Source of the DNA: an uncultured Acidobacteriota bacterium
GTDB lineage: Bacteria > Acidobacteriota > Thermoanaerobaculia > Multivoradales > UBA5704
NCBI GenBank assembly: GCA_963770895.1
Contig: CAVYRF010000001.1
Span: 288,001-352,000 of the forward strand
Reading direction: 5' to 3'
Length of the DNA: 64,000 nt
Made by a program: the position numbers and the translations under genes. How positions within the stretch are numbered: position 1 is the first letter of the stretch; each line of letters starts with the position of its first letter. The notes under the pieces are model-generated. The model was given only the letters and a program-made list of their open reading frames with translations, was not told the DNA's origin and did no database searches. This document shows, one piece after another, positions 38,807 through 47,990 of the stretch.

Positions 38807-38867
38807 GCCGGCGGCAGCGACGGCAACAGCACCAGCAACACCTCCTTCTCTCCGATCCGCCACCCAA

Positions 38868-38906
38868 GGGAGAGCGTGCCTCGCGGCCCGCTCTCCCGTT
38901 TTGTTT
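38868..38906 (+). terminator. Intrinsic terminator after actP
   Basis: gggagagcg...cgctctccc stem followed by gttttgttt. Confidence 0.65.
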
Positions 38907-38967
38907 GCGGCGAGCTTGCCGCGGGGAAGGATGCGAAGGACGCCGGGCGGGGAAGCGGGCCGGCCGC

Positions 38968-40074
38968 TCAGCTGATCGTCTTGCGGAAGGCGCGGGTGCT
39001 GATCGCCACCAGCAGGGTGGCGATGGTGAGCAGGGCGGCGACGTGCTCCCACAGGTCGGTGAAGGTGGCGCCGCGGATGATGATGCCGCGCGAGATGGCG
39101 ATGAAGTGGGTCGCGGGCAGGACCTGCGACAGTACGCGCAGCGGCCCCGGCAGCGAGGACAGCGGGAAGATGTAGCCCGACAGCATGATCGACGGCAGCA
39201 GGAACATCTGCGACATCTGCATGGCTTCCATCTGGGTGTTGGAGCGCGACGACACCAGCAGGCCCAGGGCGAGCAGTGCGAACAGGTAGACCAGCGACAG
39301 GCCGAGCAGCAGCGGCAGGCTGCCGTGGATCGGCACGCCGAAGGCGAAGCGCATCAGCGCCAGGATGAACAACAGCTGGGCGAAGCCCAGGACCAGGTAG
39401 GGGAGGATCTTGCCCAGCACCACGCCCAGGGGCGAAGCCGGGGTGACCATCAGCTGCTCGAGCGTGCCGCGCTCGCGCTCGCGCACGATGGCGAACGACG
39501 ACATGAGGGTGCCCGAAAAGGTCAGCAGGATGGCGATCAGGCCGGGGATCAGCAGGTTGGCGCTGCGCGAGTCGGGGTTGAACAGCAGCAGCGGATTGAC
39601 CGTCAGCGGCAGCGACTGGATGTGCTGGCGGTCGGCCAGCTCCTGGAGCGAGCGGTCGAGCGCCAGGCCGTTGGCCGCCGCCAGGGTGGCCGTCGAGATG
39701 GAGGAGTCGGAGCCGTCGATCAGCACCAGGAAGTCGGCGGGACGGCCATACAGGAGCTTGCGCGCGTAGTCGGGAGGGATCTCGATGCCCGCCGAGGCGT
39801 GGCCGGCGACGATCTCTTCGCGCAGCGCGGCGCGCGAGCCGACGTAGCGCACCACCTCGAAATAGCTGGTGTCGACAAAGTCGGTGATCAGCTGGCGGCT
39901 TTCCTGCGTGCGGCTCTGATCGAAGATCGCGGTCGGCACGTGCTTGACGTTGGTATCGATCAGCCCGAACAGCACCAGCTGCATCAGCGGCACCACCAGC
40001 GTCAGCTGCAGCGTGCCGCGGTCGCGCAGCATCTGGATGGCTTCCTTGCGCAGCACCGCGCCGAAGCCCCTCAT
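38968..40074 (-). CDS. ABC-2 permease (YbhR/S-like)
   Basis: KEAIQMLRD, IVRERERGTLEQLMVTP, LSGYIFP. Confidence 0.9.
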   Translation of the reverse strand: MRGFGAVLRKEAIQMLRDRGTLQLTLVVPLMQLVLFGLIDTNVKHVPTAIFDQSRTQESRQLITDFVDTSYFEVVRYVGSRAALREEIVAGHASAGIEIPPDYARKLLYGRPADFLVLIDGSDSSISTATLAAANGLALDRSLQELADRQHIQSLPLTVNPLLLFNPDSRSANLLIPGLIAILLTFSGTLMSSFAIVRERERGTLEQLMVTPASPLGVVLGKILPYLVLGFAQLLFILALMRFAFGVPIHGSLPLLLGLSLVYLFALLALGLLVSSRSNTQMEAMQMSQMFLLPSIMLSGYIFPLSSLPGPLRVLSQVLPATHFIAISRGIIIRGATFTDLWEHVAALLTIATLLVAISTRAFRKTIS

Positions 40075-41183
40075 CGCGCCGCCCCGGCGCGCCCGGAGGC
40101 GCCGCCCTGGGGGCCGATCGTGCCGGCCTGGGCGCCGTTTTCCACCTGCATGCGGGTGAGGCGCACGAAGACGTCTTCGAGCGACGGGGCGATGGCGCGC
40201 ACCTCGACCGGCGCGCCGGCCGCGGCGGCCAGGTCGGCGGCGACGGCGGCGTCGTCGACGTCGGTGTGCAGCAGCAGGTGCAGCGAGTTGCCGAAGATGG
40301 TGACCTCTTCGATGTAGGGGAGCTTCCTGGCTTCGCCCATGACGGCGGCGGCGCCGCCGCCGCACACCACTTCGACGCGGCGCATGCCCGCGGGCGTCAC
40401 CTGCGGCAGGCCCACCAGCTGGTCGGGGCGCCCCTCGACCAGCATGTGGGACAGGTAGATGTAGCCCACGGTCGAGCAGCGCTCGGCTTCGTCCATGTAG
40501 TGGGTGGTGACCAGCAGCGTCACCTGCTGCGCCGCCAGCTCGAACAGCAGGTTCCACAGCTCGCGGCGGGCCACCGGGTCGATGCCGGCGGTCGGCTCGT
40601 CCAGGAACAGCACCCGCGGCTGGTGCATGATCGCGGCGGTGAGCGCCAGCCGCTGCTTCCAGCCGCCCGACAGCTGCCCGGCCAGGCGCCCCATGTAGGG
40701 GCCGATCTGGGTCAGGCCCACCGCCCAATCGCGCCGCTCGGTGAGCAGGGCGCCGCGCAGGCCGTAGACCGAGGCAAAGAAGTCCAGGTTTTCGGTGACC
40801 GAAAGATCTTCGTACAGGGAGAAGCGTTGCGGCACGTAGCCGATGCGCCGGCGCACCTCTTCGCTGTCGCGCGCCACGTCCAGCCCGTCGACCGTCGCCC
40901 CGCCGGCGGTCGGCGCCAGCAGCCCGCAAAGGATGCGGATCAACGTCGACTTGCCCGACCCATTGGGCCCCAGCAGCCCGTAGATGCCGCCGCGCGGCAC
41001 CCGCAGCGACACGTCGTCCAGCGCCCGCACCGCGCCAAAATCCCGCGTCAGGTGGCGTGCCTCGATCCCCGCCGCGGCGGCGGCCGCGGCTGCGTCCTGG
41101 CCGTCGCCGGGGCCGGGTCCGGGACCGGCAGCTTCGCCGGCGATGGCCGCGGCGGCCAGGGGTGCGCCGGTGGCGGGGCTCAT
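40071..41183 (-). CDS. ABC ATPase (YbhF-like, single domain)
   Basis: GPNGSGKST, LSGGWKQRL, LDEPTAGIDP, TTHYMDEAE. Confidence 0.9.
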   Translation of the reverse strand: MSPATGAPLAAAAIAGEAAGPGPGPGDGQDAAAAAAAAGIEARHLTRDFGAVRALDDVSLRVPRGGIYGLLGPNGSGKSTLIRILCGLLAPTAGGATVDGLDVARDSEEVRRRIGYVPQRFSLYEDLSVTENLDFFASVYGLRGALLTERRDWAVGLTQIGPYMGRLAGQLSGGWKQRLALTAAIMHQPRVLFLDEPTAGIDPVARRELWNLLFELAAQQVTLLVTTHYMDEAERCSTVGYIYLSHMLVEGRPDQLVGLPQVTPAGMRRVEVVCGGGAAAVMGEARKLPYIEEVTIFGNSLHLLLHTDVDDAAVAADLAAAAGAPVEVRAIAPSLEDVFVRLTRMQVENGAQAGTIGPQGGASGRAGAAR

Positions 41184-42241
41184 GGGGTCACCCGCGGCTG
41201 CGGCTGCAAGGCGGCCGCGGCGGTGGGCGCGGGACTGGTGGTGGTGGCGGCGCCCAGTTTGGTGGGCGGTGTGGGTTGGAGCGCCGGCGATGCCGGCGAC
41301 GACGGCGGCGTCGCGCTGTGCAGGGGGAGGGAGACCATGGCGGCCATGCCCGGCTTGAGCGCCGGGTCGGGGGTGATCTCGACCTTGACGCCGAACACCT
41401 GGTCGTTGCGCTCGTCCAGGGTCTGGACGTTGCGCGGGGTGTATTCGGCTTGGCTGCGGATCTCGACCACGCGGCCGGCGAAGGCGCGGCTGCCGGAGCT
41501 GTCGACCGCGATCGCGGCGGGCTGGCCGAGCTTCACCAGGCCCAGCTTGGGCTCGGGCACGTACACCCGCACCCAGATCTGGTCGGGCTCGAGCAGCGTC
41601 GCGACCGGAGCGTTGGCCGCCACCAGGTCGCCGGGGCGCAGGTCGATGGTCTGCACCAGGCCGCCGGCGGGGGCGGTCACCACCAGGTCGCGCAGCTGGC
41701 GCTGCAGGTAGGCCAGGTGGCTTTCGGCCTGCACCACCTGGGCGTCGGCCGAGGCGACGTCCTCGTGGCGGCCGCCGCGCTCGGCCGCCAGCCAGGCCTC
41801 GTGCGCCACGGCGGCCTTGGCGGCGGCATCGTCGTAGGTCTGCTGGCTGGTGGCGCCGCCCGCCAGCAGGCTCTGCATCCGTTTGCGATTGACCTCCGCC
41901 GACTCGAACTGGATGCGCGCCTGGGCGCGATCCTCCTGGCGGGGGCCGACGGCGGTGCGCGCCAGGGCGGCGCGCAGCTCGGCGATGCTCGCCTTCTGCT
42001 GGGCGATCTCCAGGTCCAGCAGGTCGGTTTCGAAGGCGACGATCGGCTGGCCCTTGGCCACCTGGTCGCCCTCCTTGACCAGCACCGACTGGATGCGGCC
42101 GCCCACCAGCGACCCGACCTCGACCGTGCGCGCCTCGATGGTGCCGGCCAGCTGCAGACGGTCGGCCGTGGGGCGCAGCCTCCAGTAGACAACGCCCGCC
42201 GCGCCGGCGACGAGCAGCAGGATGACGAAGACGCGTTTCAT
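41180..42241 (-). CDS. HlyD-family membrane fusion protein (YbhG-like)
   Basis: N-terminal anchor, VKEGDQV, coiled coil, AEYTPRNVQT, LKPGM. Confidence 0.9.
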   Translation of the reverse strand: MKRVFVILLLVAGAAGVVYWRLRPTADRLQLAGTIEARTVEVGSLVGGRIQSVLVKEGDQVAKGQPIVAFETDLLDLEIAQQKASIAELRAALARTAVGPRQEDRAQARIQFESAEVNRKRMQSLLAGGATSQQTYDDAAAKAAVAHEAWLAAERGGRHEDVASADAQVVQAESHLAYLQRQLRDLVVTAPAGGLVQTIDLRPGDLVAANAPVATLLEPDQIWVRVYVPEPKLGLVKLGQPAAIAVDSSGSRAFAGRVVEIRSQAEYTPRNVQTLDERNDQVFGVKVEITPDPALKPGMAAMVSLPLHSATPPSSPASPALQPTPPTKLGAATTTSPAPTAAAALQPQPRVTP

Positions 42242-42873
42242 GGTCTCTTCCCCAAAGATGCCGCGGCGATGGCGCCGCGGTCCCAGATCTCCAGCAACGT
42301 ATCCAGGTAGCGTTCAAGCTCGATCGGCGGGTCGGGCACCTGCGCCAGCCGCTGCATCACTACGTAGGCATGCAGCGAAGCGGCGAAGGCCAGGGCCGCG
42401 GCCTCGGGGTCGCCGACGCGCAGCGCCCCCGCCCGCACCGCCCGCCGGAAGTACTCCGCGACCCGCTCAAAGTTGCGCTGCGGCGGCGTCGGCCGCGGGT
42501 GGTCCGCGAACGGCGGGAACGGCAGCCCGTCCGCGGCCCTGGCATGCATGAACCCGGCGACCTGCTGCGAAAACTTGCGCTCGAAAAACGGCACGAACGC
42601 GCGGCCGATACGGCGCAACACCAGCCGCGGGTCCTCCGAGCCGTCCAGCTCCTCCAGGAAGTCGATCGGCGACGCCACGTCGTCCGCCCCCGGCGCCATG
42701 CAGCTGGCAAAAAGCTCCTCCTTGGTCGCCGCATGGCGCAGCAGCGCGGCAGCGCTGACCCCCAGCCTCGCCGCGATCGACGTCAACGTCGTCGCTGCAA
42801 ACCCCCGCTCCGCAAACGCCTCCCGCGCCGCCGCCAGCACCTCGTCGCGACTAACCTTAGGTCGTCTCCCCAC
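42238..42873 (-). CDS. TetR-family regulator
   Basis: N-terminal HTH (VLAAAREAFAERGFAATTLTSIAARLGVSAAALLRHAATKEELF); first gene of the efflux operon. Confidence 0.88.
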   Translation of the reverse strand: MGRRPKVSRDEVLAAAREAFAERGFAATTLTSIAARLGVSAAALLRHAATKEELFASCMAPGADDVASPIDFLEELDGSEDPRLVLRRIGRAFVPFFERKFSQQVAGFMHARAADGLPFPPFADHPRPTPPQRNFERVAEYFRRAVRAGALRVGDPEAAALAFAASLHAYVVMQRLAQVPDPPIELERYLDTLLEIWDRGAIAAASLGKRP

Positions 42874-42875
42874 GG

Positions 42876-42901
42876 AAAGTAACTGTACACAAATTTACTT
42901 T
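42876..42901. promoter_or_regulatory. Probable TetR operator overlapping the tetR promoter
   Basis: aaagtaa-N12-ttacttt inverted repeat 2 nt from the GTG; contains a TGn-TACAGT extended -10 on the minus strand. Confidence 0.65.
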
Positions 42902-42970
42902 TGAGGGCCAAGCGAGCGCTCAAGAAGGAGTTCCCGGCGGCCTGGGCCCGGTCGAAGGGGATTGGTCCGG

Positions 42971-43041
42971 GCAAGACGCCCCGCCCGCCCCCCACGGCCC
43001 GATCGCGGTCGCGCCGCCAGGCGCGCCGCGGTCGGGGCAAC
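42971..43041 (+). repeat. Dispersed GC-rich hairpin repeat, copy A
   Basis: Core ggcccgatcgcggtcgcgccgccaggcgcgccgcggtcggggcaac. Confidence 0.85.
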
Positions 43042-43098
43042 CAGCCGCCGGTGTGAGCAAGCGACTCGGAAGGAAGAACGCCTGAACTGGTGATGCCT

Positions 43099-43515
43099 TC
43101 AAAGTCCAAATGCATCAGGGTCGCGAAGAACCGCCCGCACCGTCGCAGCGTACTCTTTCTCATCGGCGGCCATGGTTTCGGTCAGTCGCTGAAGGTCCTG
43201 CAAAATTTCAGGTGAGCCCTTTTCCCGGCACCATTTGACCAGCTCCAGGATGTCTTCAATCTTGCGACGGCGCAGGTCACAGAGTCGCTTGCGGTTTAAG
43301 TGGAAGAGGTTTATCGAGGCCACACCTCGCAGGCCGTCTCCGAGACTGAATAGGTGGCCGTTGACGGCGACGCCGAGATGGGTTTCCGGCTGGTCGCGGC
43401 AGGGGTCGATCAGCAGGGGGCGCTCGTTTTCGATCAGATCCTGCGGCCCGAAGGCGCGCTCAGTCTCGTCCTCGAGCGGGAAGTGATCGAGCTTGCCGGC
43501 GGCCTCGCCCCACCG
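43099..43515 (-). pseudogene. 3' half of an HNH-nuclease partner gene (PtuB/TIGR02646-like); 5' half missing
   Basis: AGKLDHFPL...ERPLLIDPCRDQPETHL...RGVASINLFHLNRKRL resembles the post-HNH region of ATPase-coupled HNH proteins; no start codon or HNH core. Confidence 0.55.
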
Positions 43516-44721
43516 CCAACGTGCGGAGCTCGAGGCTCTGCTCGGGGTCACGCTGGTCACGCGGGATGGCGGCCAATCGCTGGTAACGGGCGAGCTTGCT
43601 GGTGATGTCGGGCGAGTACACTGCGCTGTCGAAAAGCCGCTCGTCGACGAGCATGTCCTCGGCCGAATAGCCCGTGAAATCCGGCACGTTTGCTTCCGCC
43701 TCCACACAGGCGCCTTCGCGGCGCAACACGACCAATTCCTCCGGCGAGGCCCCCAGCGCCACCAGGGGGCTGTGGGTGGTGGCGAAGAGTTGGACCTCGG
43801 GAAGGGCCTTGGCGAGAAAGGGGAGGATCCTGGTTTGCATCGACGGGTGTAGGTGCTGGTCAATCTCGTCGATGAGGACGATCCCTTGGACGTTGCCGGC
43901 TTTGTCGATGGCATCCGCCTGCATGGCCCAACCGTAGAGATCCAGAAGCCAGCTGAAGGTGAGGCGATACCCGTCCGCCCACGCCTCCAGGGAAATCGGG
44001 TCCCTGAGGGCGGCGATCGCAATCTCGATGCCACCGCCCCGGCGCAGGCGGATCTCGTCCTCCGGTTCAAGGCCGAGGACGCGCTGGAGGCTGGCGAGAA
44101 TCGATTCGTACCGCGCGGCGCCCAGGTCATCCCGAAGCCGCCGCAGCGTGAGCTCTGGGTTGAGCAAGCTGCGTCCGTAGTCAAAAAGCGTGTACACGGA
44201 GTCGACAAAGGTATAGCCGCTCGTCGAAGACGCTCCAGACCCGTAGCGACCGGCGCCGTAGCCACAGACGAACGGAGCCAGGTCGTCAACCCTGGGCCGG
44301 TGGATGGCCTGGTCACGCTCAAAGTCCGCAAGGTCATTACCCGTGCCCCCCCCTTATCCGCGGACTCGATGCCTTGCGCACGGGTCCTGTAGATCAAGGT
44401 TGGACATGAGATGGGCGGCTCCTGCGGGGCCACGGGATCCATCAACTCCAGGTGGATGCTCCCCTCAGACCGCGAGCTGTAGGTCCCATTTGGCAGGGAC
44501 AAGAGCGCGATCGCTCCTGGATTATCCGCGAGGCCGATCGCCAACGCGCGAAGCAGCGTAGTCTTCAGCGTTCCGTTCTTGCCGATGATGAGGGTGCGGC
44601 GGCGAGGCACTCCGTTCGCCTGGCGGAGGTCGATCTTGAGATCTCGAAAGCCTCGGATTTCCTCCAGCCGGAGGGACGCGATGTGCCGAATCGGTAGTGA
44701 GTTGGGGCCGATCTGGGGCAT
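43460..44721 (-). pseudogene. AAA_21/AbiEii-type ATPase (PtuA-like), frameshifted at a G8 tract and 3'-truncated
   Basis: Walker A-like GKNGTLKTT in one frame; FVCGYGAGR, DGYR, VLIDEIDQHLHP, ATTHSP in another; the frames switch at C8 (44346-44353, + strand). Confidence 0.75.
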
Positions 44722-44793
44722 GAGTTGTTGATGCTAGCACCCCTGGCGCCGAACCGCGCGGTTCACGACGTGCCCGAGGTCAGATGCCGGCGC

Positions 44794-44851
44794 CGCTCGC
44801 CCCCCCGGCCCGATCGCGGACGCGCCGTAGGCGCGCCGCGGTCGGGGCAAC
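44794..44851 (+). repeat. Dispersed GC-rich hairpin repeat, copy B
   Basis: Core ggcccgatcgcggacgcgccgtaggcgcgccgcggtcggggcaac. Confidence 0.85.
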
Positions 44852-44899
44852 ACAAGGGCGCACAGAACGGCGATTCGACGGGCGGTTACACGAAGACCC

Positions 44900-45325
44900 T
44901 CAAACAAAGGGATTGACGATGCGCACCGTGCCGTAGAGGCGGTCGTGCTGGAAGTCCTCGCTCCATAGTTCGGAAAGCCCGTAGAACTCGGCGTAGGCCC
45001 AGAGATGAGCGTCGAACCAGCTCAGTTGGTAGGCAGCCGCCCCGCGAATGGCAAGGCGCACCAGCCCCGCCGTGGGGTAGAGCACCGTGAACTGATCTAG
45101 CAGCTCCTCGGCCTCGCGGCGTGCCTCTTCGACTGATAGCAGTGGGGGACCACCCCGCGTCGGCCGGGTTACCGCCGCTACGAACTCCACGATCGCCTGG
45201 TGCGGCACTCGGATCGAATCATCGTGGACCCCTTGGCGGAGAACGTCCGTCGCTCGCAGTTGGCGATCGGGAAAGCGCGGGTCGAAGCGATATACCAGGA
45301 CGTTCGTGTCAACGAGTGCTGCCAC
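44900..45325 (-). CDS. PIN-domain (VapC-like) toxin
   Basis: LVDTNVLVY, QAIVEF, LSWFDAHLWA, WSEDFQH, VNPF. Confidence 0.88.
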   Translation of the reverse strand: MAALVDTNVLVYRFDPRFPDRQLRATDVLRQGVHDDSIRVPHQAIVEFVAAVTRPTRGGPPLLSVEEARREAEELLDQFTVLYPTAGLVRLAIRGAAAYQLSWFDAHLWAYAEFYGLSELWSEDFQHDRLYGTVRIVNPFV

Positions 45326-45599
45326 GCTGGTAGAGCTCCTCGCGCGTCCAACCACGATCCTCGGCCGTTTTCGGTCGGCGGCCGGCTCCCGCCTCGCGCT
45401 CGGCCTGGCGGCGCGTTGCCGCATCGAAGATTCGCAGCCGCTCCTGGCGATTGACAGCGGCCGGCGCCGAGCCGGGTGGCAGGACGCGGATGGCGTCACC
45501 GGCGGGCTCCCACTCGATTTCGTCGCCAGGTCGGATCCTGAATCGATCGGCAATGGCTTTGGGCAAGGTGACCTGCAGTTTGCTCGTGACTCTGGACAT
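45309..45599 (-). CDS. AbrB/MazE-family antitoxin
   Basis: VTSKLQVTLPKAIADRFRIRPGDEIEW; C-terminal WTREELY; overlaps the toxin gene. Confidence 0.88.
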   Translation of the reverse strand: MSRVTSKLQVTLPKAIADRFRIRPGDEIEWEPAGDAIRVLPPGSAPAAVNRQERLRIFDAATRRQAEREAGAGRRPKTAEDRGWTREELYQRGSTR

Positions 45600-45605
45600 G
45601 TCCTT

Positions 45606-45634
45606 ACTCTAGCAAGGATGAACTCCTTGCTCAA
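45606..45634 (-). promoter_or_regulatory. Promoter and operator of the AbrB-PIN module
   Basis: TTGAGC, 17-bp spacer, TAGAGT, 6 nt before ATG; agcaagga-N5-tccttgct inverted repeat (45611-45631) overlaps it. Confidence 0.7.
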
Positions 45635-45650
45635 GCTGCGCGCCTGCTGG

Positions 45651-45720
45651 GTTGCCCCGACCACGGCGCGCCTGCGGCGCGTCCGCGATCGGGCCGGGGA
45701 GGCGGGCGGGGCTGTTTTGC
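45651..45720 (-). repeat. Dispersed GC-rich hairpin repeat, copy C (inverted)
   Basis: Reverse complement: gcaaaacagccccgcccgcctccccggcccgatcgcggacgcgccgcaggcgcgccgtggtcggggcaac. Confidence 0.85.
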
Positions 45721-45823
45721 CGAATCGGGGCGCTGGCGGCCGATTCGATGCCTGATGCCGGTCTCACTGGCCGGCGAGGGCAGTATCGCTGCTGCCTCGG
45801 GTCGAGGATCACAACTGCGGATA

Positions 45824-46798
45824 TCAACCTGCGACAGACACGAGCTGGTCCGCCAGGGTGGCTGCGCCATTGGCAGGAGTTGGCGGCGCGGGGTTCTGGC
45901 CGCGGCTGTATTGGCGGGGTGAACAGCCCATGACTCTTTTGAAGGCGGTGCTGAAGGCGCTTTCGGATTCGTAGCCGAGCGACCAGGCGATGCTGGAAAT
46001 GGGATCGTTGGAATTGATCAGCATGTCGCCGGCGCGCAGCATGCGCCAGCGGGTCAGGTATTCCATGGGCGAGACGCCGACCGTCTCCTTGAATTTCTGG
46101 GCAAAGATCGAGCGCGACATGCCGGCGCGCGCCGCCAGCTCCGGCAGGGTCCAACGATGTCCCGGCTGGTCGTGCATGGCGGTGATCGCCGCGCTCATCT
46201 GTTTGTCCGCCAGGGCGAAGAGCCAGCCGACGCCGCCGCTCAGACCCTCTGCCAGGTGCAGCCGCAGGGCCTGGACCAGCATCATCGAGGCGAGGTGCTG
46301 GGCGACCAGAAAGCCGCCCGGCCGCGGCTCGCGCAGCTCCTCCATCAAGCGCTCCAGGGACCAGCGCATCGTTGCCTTGTCCGATTCCTTGCGGATGTGC
46401 ACGATGGGCGGCAGGACGCCCAACAGGATGCCGGCATGATTGCCGGTGAAGGCGAAGAACCCGCCGACGCCAAAGCAGTCCCCGCCGCCATTGCATAAGG
46501 CGATGCCCCCATTGAGCGGGGTGGGAAAAAACGCCTTGTGATCGACGGGCTGCAAGGTCAGATCGCTCGCAAGACAGAAAGGCCGCCCACCGGGCAGCAG
46601 GAAGCAGTCGCCCGCGGTCAGGCGCACCGGGTCGGGAACGCCCTGCACGGACAGCCAGCACTGGCCGGAAACGATGGCGTAGCACTTGATGCCTTCATGG
46701 CGGGGGAACTCGATCGACCATTCTCCCCCCACGTCAAAGCCGCCGCACATGTAGTTGCGCGGCTTCAGGAGCGACAGCACATCGGAGAGCGGGTCCAT
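45824..46798 (-). CDS. AraC-family regulator with cupin_6 sensor domain
   Basis: MDPLSDVLSLL, WTLPELAARAGMSRS, LGYESESAFSTAFKR. Confidence 0.92.
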   Translation of the reverse strand: MDPLSDVLSLLKPRNYMCGGFDVGGEWSIEFPRHEGIKCYAIVSGQCWLSVQGVPDPVRLTAGDCFLLPGGRPFCLASDLTLQPVDHKAFFPTPLNGGIALCNGGGDCFGVGGFFAFTGNHAGILLGVLPPIVHIRKESDKATMRWSLERLMEELREPRPGGFLVAQHLASMMLVQALRLHLAEGLSGGVGWLFALADKQMSAAITAMHDQPGHRWTLPELAARAGMSRSIFAQKFKETVGVSPMEYLTRWRMLRAGDMLINSNDPISSIAWSLGYESESAFSTAFKRVMGCSPRQYSRGQNPAPPTPANGAATLADQLVSVAG

Positions 46799-46925
46799 GG
46801 GGTCCTCCCGGACGATCGCGAAGATAATACGGACGTTACAGCATAGATTGTATCTCTTCCATCCCCTATCTTGAGCATGCAGGGGCCGCGATGGGTCCCA
46901 AGTCGAAGTAGAGGAGAGATCGACC

Positions 46926-47810
46926 ATGCGCGTATTCGTCACAGGTGCCACAGGATTTATCGGGTCTGCCACCGTGCAGGAGCTCATCAAAGCCGGCCAC
47001 CAGGTGCTGGGACTGGCCCGCTCCGAGGCGGGTGCCAAGTCTCTAGTCGATGCCGGCGCCCAGGCGCATCGGGGCGACGTCGAAGACCTCGCCAGCCTGC
47101 GCAGCGGCGCAGCCATGGCGGACGGAGTGATTCACTGCGCCTTCATCCATGACTTCACCAAGTTCGAGGCGAACTGCCGGATCGACAAGCTCGCCGTCGA
47201 GGCCCTGGGCTCCGAGCTCGCCGGCTCGGACCGCCCCTTGATCGTGACTTCCGGGACTGGGGTGGTCAGGGCGCAGGGGCGCCCTTCGACCGAGGACGAT
47301 GCGCCCAACTCTCCCATTCCCCGTGTCGCATCGGAAGAGGCGGCCGCCGCCGCGGGGGCGCGCGGGGTGCGCGTTTCGGTGATGCGTCTGCCGCAGGTCC
47401 ACGACCCGCTCAAGCAGGGTCTCATCACCTACCTGATCGATTTGGCCCGCGACAAGGGCGTTTCGGCGTATGTCGGCGACGGGCTCAACCGCTGGCCCTC
47501 GGTGCACCGGCTCGATTGCGCTCATCTCTACCGGCTGGCGCTGGAGAAAGGCGCGGCGGGAGCCCGCTATCACGCGGTCGCGGAAGAAGGCGTGCCCCTG
47601 CGGCAGATCGCCGAGTCCATCGGCCGGGGCCTGCGCCTGCCGGTCGTCGCCAAGTCGCCGGAAGAAGCGGCTGACCACTTTGGCTGGCTCGGCATGTTCG
47701 TGGGCGCCGACATGCCGGCATCGAGCGCGCTGACCCAGCAATGGCTGGGGTGGCATCCCACCGGCCCCAGCCTCATCGCCGATCTCGACCAGGCTCGCTT
47801 CGCAGAGTGA
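46926..47810 (+). CDS. Atypical SDR / NAD-dependent epimerase-dehydratase
   Basis: VFVTGATGFIG, GVIHCAFIHDF, RWPSVHRLD; divergent from AraC. Confidence 0.9.
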   Translation: MRVFVTGATGFIGSATVQELIKAGHQVLGLARSEAGAKSLVDAGAQAHRGDVEDLASLRSGAAMADGVIHCAFIHDFTKFEANCRIDKLAVEALGSELAGSDRPLIVTSGTGVVRAQGRPSTEDDAPNSPIPRVASEEAAAAAGARGVRVSVMRLPQVHDPLKQGLITYLIDLARDKGVSAYVGDGLNRWPSVHRLDCAHLYRLALEKGAAGARYHAVAEEGVPLRQIAESIGRGLRLPVVAKSPEEAADHFGWLGMFVGADMPASSALTQQWLGWHPTGPSLIADLDQARFAE

Positions 47811-47818
47811 ACCGCCTC

Positions 47819-47850
47819 CGTACCTGCGGCACCTTTACGCCGCAGGTACG
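47819..47850 (+). terminator. Hairpin after the SDR gene (terminator or REP-like)
   Basis: Perfect 12-bp stem cgtacctgcggc / gccgcaggtacg; no U-tract. Confidence 0.45.
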
Positions 47851-47990
47851 CGGGCAACCCCTGCCGGCGCAGTTGCGCCCAGTAAGACTGCCGCAAGGTG
47901 GAACGCTGCCGTGCTCCGCCGGCGCCGCCGCCCATCTGGCGCGGCGCCGATCCCTCGGCCTGAAAAACCAGGCTCTGCTATTCTGATCTC

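Noticed and set aside
43099-44721. A single intact 540-aa protein
   Set aside because: The middle is out of frame relative to the conserved ATPase motifs; it is a chance read-through joining two broken genes
42971-45720. Integron attC array
   Set aside because: The hairpins lack the RYYYAAC...GTTRRRY ends, one copy is inverted, and no intI is in the window; kept as REP-like repeats
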